49,946 bases of DNA from a virus (taxonomy: Duplodnaviria; Caudoviricetes), in IMG/VR virus record IMGVR_UViG_3300016667_001321, positions 1 to 49,946 of that record; one strand, 5' to 3'. Shown one piece after another: positions 34,167 to 43,189 of this stretch. Position 1 is the stretch's first letter; each line of letters opens with the position of its first letter. The translations under genes were made by a program, and so were the position numbers. The notes beneath the pieces are model-generated. The model was given only the letters and a program-made list of their open reading frames with translations. It was not told where the DNA came from and did not search any database.

Positions 34167-34994
34167 ATTCCTGAAGGTCCCGAGCTTCGTCATTCAAGAG
34201 ATCTTTTAAGAGAGATTTTGCTCAACAAACGCATCAAAAAGTTCGACCTCGTCGGCGGACGATACACCAAGAAACCCATCGAGGGATTGCACGAATTTCT
34301 GCGAGATAACGAGAAGAATTCTTACGTTGTCGAATCCATCGATGTTAAAGGCAAGTTCATGTGGTGGACGATAGGTCCTTGGAAAATGTGGTGCACATAT
34401 GGTATGTCAGGTCAATGGACAACCACACCGCCAGATAGAAACACCGCCGTGATACTCTCGTATGGTGAAGATTCAAAGAGCATCGGGTTTCACGACGTTC
34501 GTAGGTTCGGTACACTAAAATTCGTCAAAGATGAAGGAACGCATAGAAAGAAATTGGAAAGTCTCGGTCCAGATGTTCTTGGAGATGACGAATTGACACC
34601 AGAAATATTCGCGAAAAGAATGCTGAGTAAACCTAATAGGACAATCTGCGAGGCCCTCATGGATCAATCTACGGTGGCTGGGATTGGCAACTATCTACGT
34701 GCAGAGATTCTGTTCGCCTGCGGTGTTGATCCATGGTGTAACGTGACGGACATATCTTCTCAAGAGTACGTGAGGTTATGTGAGGAATCCACGAAGATTT
34801 CTCGTCAGTCCTATTTGTCTCAAGGAGCCTCTATCAAGACCTACAGGGACGTGAATGGATTAACGGGAACATCTCAATTTTTCTTCAAGGCGTACGCTAG
34901 ATCACGATGTCCTAAGGGTCATGAGATCCGCAGCGAACGTGACAACGGGGGAAGGATGGTCCACTGGTGTCCACAATGTCAGCCACTGCGGTGA
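34167..34994 (+). CDS. mutM: Fpg/Nei DNA glycosylase/AP lyase; probable ATT start
   Basis: ATT-PEGPEL; KGKFM; GMSGQW; DVRRFG; LGPD; H2TH LMDQ..AGIGNYLRAE; C-terminal zinc finger CPKGH..WCPQCQ. Confidence 0.88.
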   Translation: MPEGPELRHSRDLLREILLNKRIKKFDLVGGRYTKKPIEGLHEFLRDNEKNSYVVESIDVKGKFMWWTIGPWKMWCTYGMSGQWTTTPPDRNTAVILSYGEDSKSIGFHDVRRFGTLKFVKDEGTHRKKLESLGPDVLGDDELTPEIFAKRMLSKPNRTICEALMDQSTVAGIGNYLRAEILFACGVDPWCNVTDISSQEYVRLCEESTKISRQSYLSQGASIKTYRDVNGLTGTSQFFFKAYARSRCPKGHEIRSERDNGGRMVHWCPQCQPLR

Positions 34995-35026
34995 AAAGTC
35001 ATTATCCATCATGTTAGGATGGATCC

Positions 35027-35365
35027 ATGCTAAGAGAATGTGTGGAATGTAGCTGCATGTTCGAGACAAACTCTCCTGCGAAGGTCCGGGCCGGCGGCCG
35101 TATCAGCACTTGTCCGGAGTGTTCGGAAGAATCTACTGTGAAATACCTCGGACTGGCCAACGGCGATGGCAAACAGGCCTCTGTCACTGTCCTCGCTTTC
35201 GATTCTTCCTCGGACCGCGAGAAGTACTCTTCTTTTTACAGGAACAACGCAGGTTACCACAAAGGTAAGAGCTGCCAGTTAGGATCTCACTTGTCGACAG
35301 ACCCTGGTGTGAAGTTCCGTACCGTGACACAATCTTCGGCAACTAATCACAAAGGACGGATGTAA
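35027..35365 (+). CDS. Zn-ribbon hypothetical protein
   Basis: CVEC...CPEC; GTGAAA-N18-TAGGAT motif ends 6 nt before the ATG. Confidence 0.7.
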   Translation: MLRECVECSCMFETNSPAKVRAGGRISTCPECSEESTVKYLGLANGDGKQASVTVLAFDSSSDREKYSSFYRNNAGYHKGKSCQLGSHLSTDPGVKFRTVTQSSATNHKGRM

Positions 35366-35367
35366 TC

Positions 35368-35613
35368 ATGACCTTTCGATTCGCGATGTCACTTGCTTTC
35401 TTGACGGCCCTCGCTTTCGTCACGTTCAAATCGTTCTTCGATAAGGAATCAGCGATGATTGGTATGACGATCCTGTGCTATGGATGGGTCGCGACACGAA
35501 TCGTGGGAGAAGGAATCATTTCGATAGCGTGGTTCATCTTACGGACGATCGTCGATAAAAATGGACAAAGCGGCGATCCGAAAGATTACGACGACGAAGA
35601 TCCATATTTATGA
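35368..35613 (+). CDS. Small membrane protein
   Basis: Two or three hydrophobic segments and an acidic tail. Confidence 0.65.
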   Translation: MTFRFAMSLAFLTALAFVTFKSFFDKESAMIGMTILCYGWVATRIVGEGIISIAWFILRTIVDKNGQSGDPKDYDDEDPYL

Positions 35614-35625
35614 CAGGAGATCTTT

Positions 35626-35883
35626 GTGCCTGCTGGAGATGTGGATGACGAGTTCTTACAGGATCTACAGAAAATAGAGATGCCCACGTCACGCCCAAAA
35701 CAAATTCCGCGGCTGGGAAGCATCGTTAGGTGGAAATATGAGTGGGCTGGAGATTCTAACTTCGGATTGCTTTACATTGTTGTTGGACTCAAGAATGAAT
35801 CTCCTGATGTGATGGTAGTAAGAGTCTTGAACGACCCGTACAAGATCTTCGAGTTCCACGCATCACAACTCGAGCCGATATAG
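35626..35883 (+). CDS. SH3/KOW-like small protein (dispersed, divergent)
   Basis: RLGSIVRW...LYIVVG...VVRVL...SQLEPI. Confidence 0.55.
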   Translation: MPAGDVDDEFLQDLQKIEMPTSRPKQIPRLGSIVRWKYEWAGDSNFGLLYIVVGLKNESPDVMVVRVLNDPYKIFEFHASQLEPI

Positions 35884-35964
35884 ATCAAGGATCTTGCTCC
35901 ATTGACAGAGTCGCTAGGAACAAGCCGACGGCAATCGCTAAGACCAAAATGTCTATAACAAAAT

Positions 35965-36414
35965 TCATTTCTCATTAAGGACAGAACGAATGAATTGGCG
36001 AAGTTCCACTTCCGTCAGTTTCTTCCAAGCCTTCGCATCAGGATAACCCTTTTCTCCAGGACGACGAGCACGTTTTCCTGCTTTTCGTCGTGCGTGCACG
36101 TTTGCCCAGAGGCCTTTTTTCTTCTTTGCTTCCACTACTCCGCCACTTTCCATGTGAGTGACAGTCTCCAGATAGGCAAAAACATCATTCAGCGAATCAT
36201 AGGCTCTAGAAAACTTGTATTGTATCCACCCGGGAATCTCATCATTTTCATTGATCATTTTCAACATCATAGATGACATTTCTTCTATCCTGTGTAACTG
36301 AGTAACGGCCATGATTCCTTCGTGGTCGGGTTCTCCCTCGTTCCAATCTTTCCCAGAATTTTCTTCATCAATCATGAGATTATATATTACGTCCTGGGAA
36401 CTTAACGTTGACAA
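35965..36414 (-). CDS. Probable head-internal protein with a C-terminal LRxxIR helix
   Basis: EIPGWIQYK module; basic KKKGLWANVHARRK..PGEKGYP module; ends LTEVELRQFIRSVLNEK. Confidence 0.6.
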   Translation of the reverse strand: MSTLSSQDVIYNLMIDEENSGKDWNEGEPDHEGIMAVTQLHRIEEMSSMMLKMINENDEIPGWIQYKFSRAYDSLNDVFAYLETVTHMESGGVVEAKKKKGLWANVHARRKAGKRARRPGEKGYPDAKAWKKLTEVELRQFIRSVLNEK

Positions 36415-36434
36415 GAATATTTACGTTACGTTAA

Positions 36435-36734
36435 ATGTCTAAAAAAATAAGAATTCGGCTCGGTGAATTACGAAATTTGATAAGAAGAACGTTAAAAGAA
36501 GGTCCTTCCGGACCTGGTGTGACCGCTGATCCAACGAACAAAGATGGATTTTATCCGTACGAAATATCAAGAGGCGTGGATATTCAATCTTACTGGTATC
36601 GTTCTCCTGCTAGAGCTATGGGGGGTGATGGCGACCCAGGCAGACCAGAAGACGCAGCCGAATACATCGGATTTAAAACGAAGGGCACCACCCCGGCCGA
36701 GGCCGCTGAAGAAGCTAAACCGAAAGAAAGTTAA
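36435..36734 (+). CDS. LRxxIR-leader protein
   Basis: IRLGELRNLIRRTLKE; ATATTTA upstream. Confidence 0.65.
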   Translation: MSKKIRIRLGELRNLIRRTLKEGPSGPGVTADPTNKDGFYPYEISRGVDIQSYWYRSPARAMGGDGDPGRPEDAAEYIGFKTKGTTPAEAAEEAKPKES

Positions 36735-36775
36735 ATAAACTTAAATAAGTTTATCTTGTCTTTGTAATTATCGTT

Positions 36776-37174
36776 ATGCAAGTTACTCTAGGCATTCTAA
36801 AACAAATAATCGCGGAAGCTATCATGTTAGATGAAGCTGGCGTCTTCGATGAATTCGAGCTCAACGTCAGCGAAATTTTGCCTCTGATGGAGGCAGAGTA
36901 TCGTGGCAGAAAAGTCCAGCTTGGAAAACCGATGAAAGGCGACGTAAAGAAATATAAGGTCTACGTCAAAGACAAGAGGACAGGAAATGTGAAGAAAGTC
37001 AACTTTGGAGATCCCAACATGGAAATTCGACGTGACAATCCGAAAGCTCGCAAGTCTTTTAGGGCCCGTCACGGATGTGGTACAAAAAGGGCTTCAGATA
37101 GGACAAAAGCAGCTTTTTGGTCATGCAGAATGTGGAGTCGCAAACCAGTCTCAAAGATTCTAAAAGGAAAATGA
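36776..37174 (+). CDS. Leader plus basic Cys/His domain phage protein
   Basis: MQVTLGILKQIIAE; KKVNFGD..RKSFRARHGC..FWSCRMW. Confidence 0.7.
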   Translation: MQVTLGILKQIIAEAIMLDEAGVFDEFELNVSEILPLMEAEYRGRKVQLGKPMKGDVKKYKVYVKDKRTGNVKKVNFGDPNMEIRRDNPKARKSFRARHGCGTKRASDRTKAAFWSCRMWSRKPVSKILKGK

Positions 37175-37259
37175 TTATCTGAATACAGTGTAAACAAGAC
37201 ATGAATATGATATATTCTTGACATCAACCGTACTTTCGGTTGACAAGGTTAAAGAAAAA

Positions 37260-37487
37260 ATGATCAAGAATACTATCGCATTGTTTACCGTCGCCGCCGT
37301 CGCTCTCGCTGCTTGCGGCGATGATTCAGGTTCGACTGGTACCGGCGCCGGTGGAGCCGGTGGTGCTGGTCAAGGTGGTGCAGTTACTTCGACGGGTGGA
37401 GCACCTGGAACTGGTGGCGCTCCTGGCGTAGGGGGTGCTGGTGGCGCAACCACGGCTGGTACAGGCGGAGCCGGTGGCGGTGTCTGA
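37260..37487 (+). CDS. Minimal Gly-rich lipoprotein of myxobacterial style
   Basis: Lipobox LAAC followed only by GDDSG/GAGGAGG low-complexity sequence. Confidence 0.7.
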   Translation: MIKNTIALFTVAAVALAACGDDSGSTGTGAGGAGGAGQGGAVTSTGGAPGTGGAPGVGGAGGATTAGTGGAGGGV

Positions 37488-37505
37488 TAAAAATTAGTCT
37501 TTAAA

Positions 37506-37548
37506 CAAAAAGCCGTGTGGGAATTTTCCACACGGCTTTTTCCTTTTT
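37506..37548 (+). terminator. Rho-independent terminator
   Basis: AAAAGCCGTGTGG..CCACACGGCTTTTT. Confidence 0.8.
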
Positions 37549-37563
37549 GATATAGATATTGGT

Positions 37564-37782
37564 GTGCATTCTAAACTTGACACACTGAGAATTTTGATAA
37601 GAGAATTTGTTAAAGAGCATTCTTCACTTGCAGGATCATATCCTGAGGAAAGTTATCATGATAATTTGTTGGATGATCCAGCCTACAAATCAGACAGCGT
37701 CTATGTACCGAGAGACATAAAAAGTAAGATAGACAAATGGGCAGAGGACATGGGATTAAAGTCCAAGAAGAGGAAAAAATGA
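37564..37782 (+). CDS. LRxxIRE-leader protein
   Basis: LDTLRILIREFVKE. Confidence 0.6.
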   Translation: MHSKLDTLRILIREFVKEHSSLAGSYPEESYHDNLLDDPAYKSDSVYVPRDIKSKIDKWAEDMGLKSKKRKK

Positions 37783-38291
37783 AGAAAGATGAAAAGCTTT
37801 TAAGAGAATACATAAGAGAATCAATTAATAGCGAATCCTCAATTAATGAACTTAACATCAAAGTTGGTGATTTGAGAGATGCGATGAAATACGCAAAGGG
37901 TAAAAAGATAAAGGACGCCCTTGCTCAAATTTCAAAAGAAGCAGGTAAAAAAGGCGCTGCAGTGGGGTTGAAGGCGTTGTTGTCTCTTGTCCCAGGTGCG
38001 GCAGGTGTAGCAGATATAATCGAAAAAGGTGCTGAGCTTAAAGATTTTTACGATGCAGCGATGAGCGTTAGCCCAGAAGAAAAGAAAAAAAATCCTGTTT
38101 GGGACATGATCTCAATAGATCCAGACACCTCCGCAATTGTAGATGATGCATTGGAGGCGGAATTCATCAAACTTCTCGGCGATAGAATAAAATATCTCGA
38201 TGATGACGATGAATTGCCAGATGCAGACACACAACTGCGCAACTTCTTGAAAAACAAGTTTAACAAGTCTCATGTCACGAAAGAAGGATGA
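37779..38291 (+). CDS. LRxxIRE-leader protein
   Basis: EKLLREYIRESINSE; ATG 37779 overlaps the upstream stop. Confidence 0.7.
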   Translation: MKKDEKLLREYIRESINSESSINELNIKVGDLRDAMKYAKGKKIKDALAQISKEAGKKGAAVGLKALLSLVPGAAGVADIIEKGAELKDFYDAAMSVSPEEKKKNPVWDMISIDPDTSAIVDDALEAEFIKLLGDRIKYLDDDDELPDADTQLRNFLKNKFNKSHVTKEG

Positions 38292-38294
38292 GAT

Positions 38295-38438
38295 ATGTGT
38301 TATAGAAAACGCTGTGACATTTGCAACAAGCTTACATACGGAGGCTGTGGCAAACACGTTGAACAGGTGTTAGGAGACGTCCCGCTCGATCAAAGATGCC
38401 AAGGACACCAAAAAGAAGAAGATGATTCGGATCAATAA
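38295..38438 (+). CDS. Small Cys/His zinc-binding protein (47 aa, not in track)
   Basis: MCYRKRCDICNKLTYGGCGKHVEQVLGDVPLDQRCQGH. Confidence 0.7.
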   Translation: MCYRKRCDICNKLTYGGCGKHVEQVLGDVPLDQRCQGHQKEEDDSDQ

Positions 38439-38758
38439 GGTTCTGGGCAGCCTAGATTCAGCGTGTTCTGTATTGGGTCACAAAAAACCTGTATGACCAC
38501 AGAATACTGTGTTCCGTCTTTTTCCAAGATAACGTAAGTATCTGATGGACAAAGAGAAAATCCTTCGTCTGCCTTTTCTTCTTTTTTACCTTGTAAAGAT
38601 TCTTTTGAATCTTCCTCTGCCGGCGGTAAAACAGTTTCTTCTTCTTCTTCTTCTTCAATTAGAGAAACTTCCTCTTCATGCGAATCGTCAGACTGCATGT
38701 CACACCCCCATAAGAATCCACTGCAAAGGCATAAAATTCTCATGAAATTTGATCTCAT
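38432..38758 (-). CDS. Acidic lipoprotein-like protein
   Basis: Hydrophobic N-terminus ending LWGC; Glu run; three C-terminal Cys; GGAGG upstream. Confidence 0.6.
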   Translation of the reverse strand: MRSNFMRILCLCSGFLWGCDMQSDDSHEEEVSLIEEEEEEETVLPPAEEDSKESLQGKKEEKADEGFSLCPSDTYVILEKDGTQYSVVIQVFCDPIQNTLNLGCPEPY

Positions 38759-38839
38759 GATGAACCTCCCGCGGTTATAATAATAGTTATAGTCGAGCCT
38801 AATCTCGATTTGAGTAAAATTAAAAACTTTTGAGAATAT

Positions 38840-39217
38840 ATGCCTTACACGATAAGAAAACAGAAATGTAAACAGAGCGATGGAGACTCAGGTACGCATG
38901 TCCTTTCTTACACTGATAAAAAGGGTAAAAAGCATAGAGCGTGTCATACTTCAAAAAAGAAGGCTCGAGGACAAATAGCTGCGATAGAAGCCGAAAGCGT
39001 GGATAAAAGCATGAAATTAAGTTTGAATGAACTACGTAATATCATCAGGCAGGTCTTGGAAGAAGAGTGGATTGCTGAACAAGATTCTTCTAATGAAGGT
39101 GATGACAAAGATGAAGATGGTGATGAGGACTTTGCTGACGTATCCATGGCCCGCATGATTGCAGGCGGGATGCCTAAAAAAGATGCTTATAAAAAATCAC
39201 GAAAATATGATGAATGA
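38840..39217 (+). CDS. Probable head-internal protein with an internal LRxxIR helix
   Basis: Basic CHTSKKKARGQIAAIE module, then MKLSLNELRNIIRQVLEEE, then an EF-hand-like DKDEDGDEDFAD. Confidence 0.65.
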   Translation: MPYTIRKQKCKQSDGDSGTHVLSYTDKKGKKHRACHTSKKKARGQIAAIEAESVDKSMKLSLNELRNIIRQVLEEEWIAEQDSSNEGDDKDEDGDEDFADVSMARMIAGGMPKKDAYKKSRKYDE

Positions 39218-39310
39218 AAAGGTTATGTAATTATCAATTAATTCATATTAATATGCTTATGTACCAATTGTGAAACACGTTTCACGTGTCACTTTAATAA
39301 GCGAAAAATA

Positions 39311-39634
39311 ATGAACAGTTTTGATAATTATTCGTTGCTATCTGTACAAAGCGCAGAAGCAAAATCCAATATGCACACGAGAAATAACTCAAAAATTCCG
39401 TTACACGAGTGTACGGAGTTTACCATGCATATTTCTCAGAAAACCGAGTATAATGGATTTAGGAAAATTCTGTTGGATTACACTGAGTTCAAACTAAAAA
39501 AATACATAGAGTTAATCAACGATAAACAACAAAAGATGCTATTACAAGCGATGTTAGTAGATTATCTTACTGGACATATCGCGGTTGCTTGGCGTCATGG
39601 AGCTCCTGTCTATCTAAAGGTTACAAAGGGATGA
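39311..39634 (+). CDS. Hypothetical protein
   Basis: ORF; start position uncertain. Confidence 0.55.
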   Translation: MNSFDNYSLLSVQSAEAKSNMHTRNNSKIPLHECTEFTMHISQKTEYNGFRKILLDYTEFKLKKYIELINDKQQKMLLQAMLVDYLTGHIAVAWRHGAPVYLKVTKG

Positions 39635-39641
39635 AATATCC

Positions 39642-39670
39642 TGTACAGCCATCAATCGTAGACATATTAT
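39642..39670 (+). promoter_or_regulatory. Putative early-type promoter TGTACA-N17-TATTAT
   Basis: groEL ATG lies 7 nt downstream, no Shine-Dalgarno. Confidence 0.5.
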
Positions 39671-39677
39671 TCTTTTA

Positions 39678-41294
39678 ATGTCTACAAGTTCTAACATTAC
39701 GAACAATGGTGTTTATTTCGCGACGGAAGCTAGAAAAAAACTTTTTGAAGGCTTGCGGGTGGCTGCAGAAGCCGTGAGTTGTACTCTTGGCCCAAACGGC
39801 AAGACTGTACTAATACAAAATGGTGAAAATCCTCCGATTGTAACCAAAGACGGGGTGACGGTAAGTAAGTCTGTAAAGCTCAAAGACCCAATAGAACAAA
39901 TGGGGGTACAACTTTTGAGAGAGGCAGCTTCTCAAACCAATGATACCGCAGGTGACGGAACAACAACTTCTACTGTTTTAACTCATGCTTTGGTCAAGGG
40001 TGGTTTGACGCTTCTAGACGCTGGATATAACGCCAAGAAGCTTAGCGAAGGTATTGACCTGGCTGTCGATTTAATCACTAACACGATAGTGTCAAGATCA
40101 CAGGCCGTAGAGTCGGCTGAAGAAATTGAGCAAATTGGTACAATCTCCGCGAATGGTGATAAGAATATTGGCAAGCTCATAGCTTCTGCGATGGAAAAGG
40201 TAGGCAGAGACGGCATTATCACCGTCGAGGACGCGAAAGGAATGTCTACAACTTTTGACGTAGTTGATGGTATGCAATTCGACAGAGGCTATCTGAGCCC
40301 TTATTTCGTAACTAACAATGATAAAATGCATGCTTTATACAATGACTGTTACGTTTTGGTAACAGACAAGAAACTTTCTACAATGAAAGAGTTGATTCCA
40401 GTATTAGAGACTGTTATGAACTCAAGAAAACCTCTATTGATAATTGCTGATGACGTCGAAGGGGAAGCTCTTCAAGGCTTAGTTCTAAATAGAGTAAAGT
40501 CTCAGCTTCCCGTCGTAGCTATCAAATCTCCTGGTTTCGGAGTTGGGAGAGAGGAATATCTCACTGACATCTGCGCAATGACAGGTGCGAATCTTGTTTC
40601 AAGCTCTAATGGACTTCTTCTAGAAAAAGTTAAGTTATCTGATTTGGGAGTTGCAGCGAAGGTCGTTGTCGATGCAAAATCAGCAACGTTAGTGGGTAAT
40701 CCCTCGACCAGAGTGAAGGTGGAAGAGCATGTAGATTCATTGAAAACTAGATTAACCGACATCACGATAACTTCTGTTGAAGCAACGAACTTAAGAACCA
40801 GAATCGCCAGGTTGTCTTCAGGAGTTGCTGTCATCAAGGTCGGCGGAGCAACTGAGATCGAGATGATTGAAAGAAAGTATAGAATTGAAGATGCATTGCA
40901 TGCCACTAAAGCCGCGGCAGAAGAAGGAATAGTTCCAGGTGGCGGATCGGCTTTATTTGGAGCAGCGATGGTAGTAAAAGAAAGCATCAATAAACTTGTT
41001 CAAGATAGAGATGTTTTGGCTGGTGCTGGTGTTGTGTTAAAAGCTTGTCTGGAACCTGTTCGAAGGATTGCTCAAAACAGTGGAAAATCTCCTGACGTGA
41101 TAGAAGAAGAAATGAATAGAAATTTGCCGAAAGGCTTAGGTTACGATGCTTCCAAAAATCAGTTTGTTGATTTGGTAGCTAATGGTATAATCGATCCGGT
41201 GAAAGTGACTAAGATGGCTCTCAAGAATTCTTCTTCAGTCGCAAAGCTGTTTTTGAACCTAGACGCGATAGTGGTCAATGGTGATTTGTCCTGA
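39678..41294 (+). CDS. groEL: Chaperonin GroEL
   Basis: TLGPNG; TKDGVTV; AGDGTTTS; GMQFDRGYLSPYF; GIVPGGG; GIIDPVKV; no GGM tail. Confidence 0.95.
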   Translation: MSTSSNITNNGVYFATEARKKLFEGLRVAAEAVSCTLGPNGKTVLIQNGENPPIVTKDGVTVSKSVKLKDPIEQMGVQLLREAASQTNDTAGDGTTTSTVLTHALVKGGLTLLDAGYNAKKLSEGIDLAVDLITNTIVSRSQAVESAEEIEQIGTISANGDKNIGKLIASAMEKVGRDGIITVEDAKGMSTTFDVVDGMQFDRGYLSPYFVTNNDKMHALYNDCYVLVTDKKLSTMKELIPVLETVMNSRKPLLIIADDVEGEALQGLVLNRVKSQLPVVAIKSPGFGVGREEYLTDICAMTGANLVSSSNGLLLEKVKLSDLGVAAKVVVDAKSATLVGNPSTRVKVEEHVDSLKTRLTDITITSVEATNLRTRIARLSSGVAVIKVGGATEIEMIERKYRIEDALHATKAAAEEGIVPGGGSALFGAAMVVKESINKLVQDRDVLAGAGVVLKACLEPVRRIAQNSGKSPDVIEEEMNRNLPKGLGYDASKNQFVDLVANGIIDPVKVTKMALKNSSSVAKLFLNLDAIVVNGDLS

Positions 41295-41509
41295 TGAAGC
41301 AAAGATTCACAAAGGGTGAGCTTGTTAAGTTTACGATGAAAAATCCAGAGAAGTGTGGTATTGTCATTGATGTTCATCCCACAAACACTCTGAACAGTAA
41401 ACACACGACTCACATTGCCAAGAACTATTCTTGCGTTTATTACGTTTTGGTTGAAGGTCTTCAGGTCGAAGGTCCTTATTTTTCTGACGAATTATCAGGA
41501 ATAAACTAA
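41294..41509 (+). CDS. SH3/KOW-like small protein (dispersed paralog)
   Basis: FTKGELVKF...CGIVIDV...YYVLVEG. Confidence 0.7.
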   Translation: MKQRFTKGELVKFTMKNPEKCGIVIDVHPTNTLNSKHTTHIAKNYSCVYYVLVEGLQVEGPYFSDELSGIN

Positions 41510-41510
41510 T

Positions 41511-41876
41511 ATGCTCAATGACATGGAATTAGTAGGACCTGTCGAAATAATCCTTCCGGGTTACATGAACCATTTATCAAAAGATCAAATTCAAAAAATA
41601 AAAGACGCTGGCCACAAAAATATAATTTTAGCTTGTGGATATCACAAGCCTTCTGACAACATTGTATTTTTCAATGAATCAGCTTCTCTATTTGAAATTT
41701 CAGTAAAAAAGTTATTTGGTAATGAGATAAAGTTATTGTCAGCTGCACCGGGAGATGACGGTACAACTGTAGAAATTTTATCTGAATCTTCGATAATTGA
41801 AGTTGATTCTTGTGATCTTTTATTCTCAGGCAGCATGGTTAATATGTCTAAATTCGAGATAGATATTTCGAAATGA
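41511..41876 (+). CDS. Hypothetical protein
   Basis: ORF in a tightly packed run. Confidence 0.6.
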   Translation: MLNDMELVGPVEIILPGYMNHLSKDQIQKIKDAGHKNIILACGYHKPSDNIVFFNESASLFEISVKKLFGNEIKLLSAAPGDDGTTVEILSESSIIEVDSCDLLFSGSMVNMSKFEIDISK

Positions 41877-42091
41877 AGATCAAGCTAAGCGAGTTAAGAA
41901 GAATCATTAGAGAAGAAGTGGAAAGAAACTTAAGACATACTGCCGGTTTCTTTGGTGGTAACATTAGTCAACCCAGAAAAAGCATAGGAAGCATGCCCCT
42001 TCCTGGGTTGGGGGCAAATATTGAATATAAGGAAGAACATACAGGAGAACATGAAGAAGAAGAAGAACGTGCAACAGACAGCGCCGATTGA
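41873..42091 (+). CDS. LRxxIRE-leader protein
   Basis: MKIKLSELRRIIREEVE. Confidence 0.7.
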   Translation: MKIKLSELRRIIREEVERNLRHTAGFFGGNISQPRKSIGSMPLPGLGANIEYKEEHTGEHEEEEERATDSAD

Positions 42092-42302
42092 AAGAGAAGA
42101 TAGTCTTGAATTAGCAGGCGTTGTGGAAGAAGCCTTACCTGGAACCTTGTTTAAGATAAAGACGGAAACAGGTCAACATGTCCTTGCAACTCTATCAGGT
42201 AAACTTCGTCAAAATCACATAGTAGTCTTACCGGGAGATTCTGTCGTTGTAGAGGTTTCAATTTATGATACGACAAGAGGTAGAATATCTTGGCGTAGGT
42301 AA
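42051..42302 (+). CDS. infA: Translation initiation factor IF-1
   Basis: LELAGVVEEALPGTLFKI..HVLATLSGKLRQNHI.VLPGD.V.VE.S.YD..RGRI; AGGAG before ATG 42051. Confidence 0.92.
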   Translation: MKKKKNVQQTAPIEREDSLELAGVVEEALPGTLFKIKTETGQHVLATLSGKLRQNHIVVLPGDSVVVEVSIYDTTRGRISWRR

Positions 42303-42530
42303 TTATTACGCCTTTTCTTTTTAAATTGTTGCATAATTATTATGATACAAGTTCTTCTTGTTTTTTGACATATAGAGGAGATTGTATCGTGCAATTCACC
42401 AATTTTTACTTAATTTTGCCTGCATTCTTTGCTTTATACACGGTAAAACGTTTTTCTGTGAAAAAGAATTCTATTGATTCTTTTAAAAAAATAAAGAAAA
42501 AGATCAAAGCAAGAATCATACATAATAGCA

Positions 42531-42821
42531 ATGCAACATAAAATTCTTAGAGAATATATCAGGAATGTGATTAACGAAGCCTTGGAAGGAACTCACATTT
42601 CTAACGTGTTATCTAGGGATTTAACAGACAGAGAGCAGCTTGGGTCATTAGCCGATGATGAATCAGGTGAGATAGCATCTCACCTGATGGAACCAGAAGT
42701 CGATATTGAAGACTGTTATGGTCCTGTTCCACCATTGGCTGATGATCCTGGCATTCTTTTAGATCCTTACGTAAAGTATTACAGGATTACTCCTACGCTC
42801 CCAGCTAGGTCGAAAGCCTAG
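42531..42821 (+). CDS. LRxxIR-leader protein
   Basis: KILREYIRNVINE. Confidence 0.65.
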   Translation: MQHKILREYIRNVINEALEGTHISNVLSRDLTDREQLGSLADDESGEIASHLMEPEVDIEDCYGPVPPLADDPGILLDPYVKYYRITPTLPARSKA

Positions 42822-42822
42822 T

Positions 42823-43176
42823 ATGCTAAATTCTTTTAAAAGCAAATTCAGATTTCTATACTCCACGATAAGAGAAAAATCTAAGTCTATCGGGAGAGAC
42901 AAGCTCTGGCCGTTGGTAAGAGAAGCTCACTTGGAGCAAAATAATTTTTGTAGTGCGTGTGGAGGAGACGTCAAGTTGCAGGTTCATCACATTATTCCTG
43001 TTCACGTTGATCCCACATGTGAGCTTGACAGCGACAATTTGATCACACTCTGTATGGGAAAAGATGAATGCCACTTGAACATTGGACATCTGGGTTCTTG
43101 GAAAAAAGCCAATATCAACGTCGAAAGTGATGCAAGAAATATTTTATCTCTCAGACAAAGCTCTGCAAAAAAATGA
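42823..43176 (+). CDS. HNH endonuclease
   Basis: CSACG..LQVHHIIP...NLITLC..CHLNIGH. Confidence 0.85.
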   Translation: MLNSFKSKFRFLYSTIREKSKSIGRDKLWPLVREAHLEQNNFCSACGGDVKLQVHHIIPVHVDPTCELDSDNLITLCMGKDECHLNIGHLGSWKKANINVESDARNILSLRQSSAKK

Positions 43177-43189
43177 TATTGTCTATCAC

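Noticed and set aside
42326-42541. Small ORF between infA and the 42531 gene
   Set aside because: AT-rich with an uncertain start (a GTG at about 42389 has GAGGAG upstream); too weak to call.
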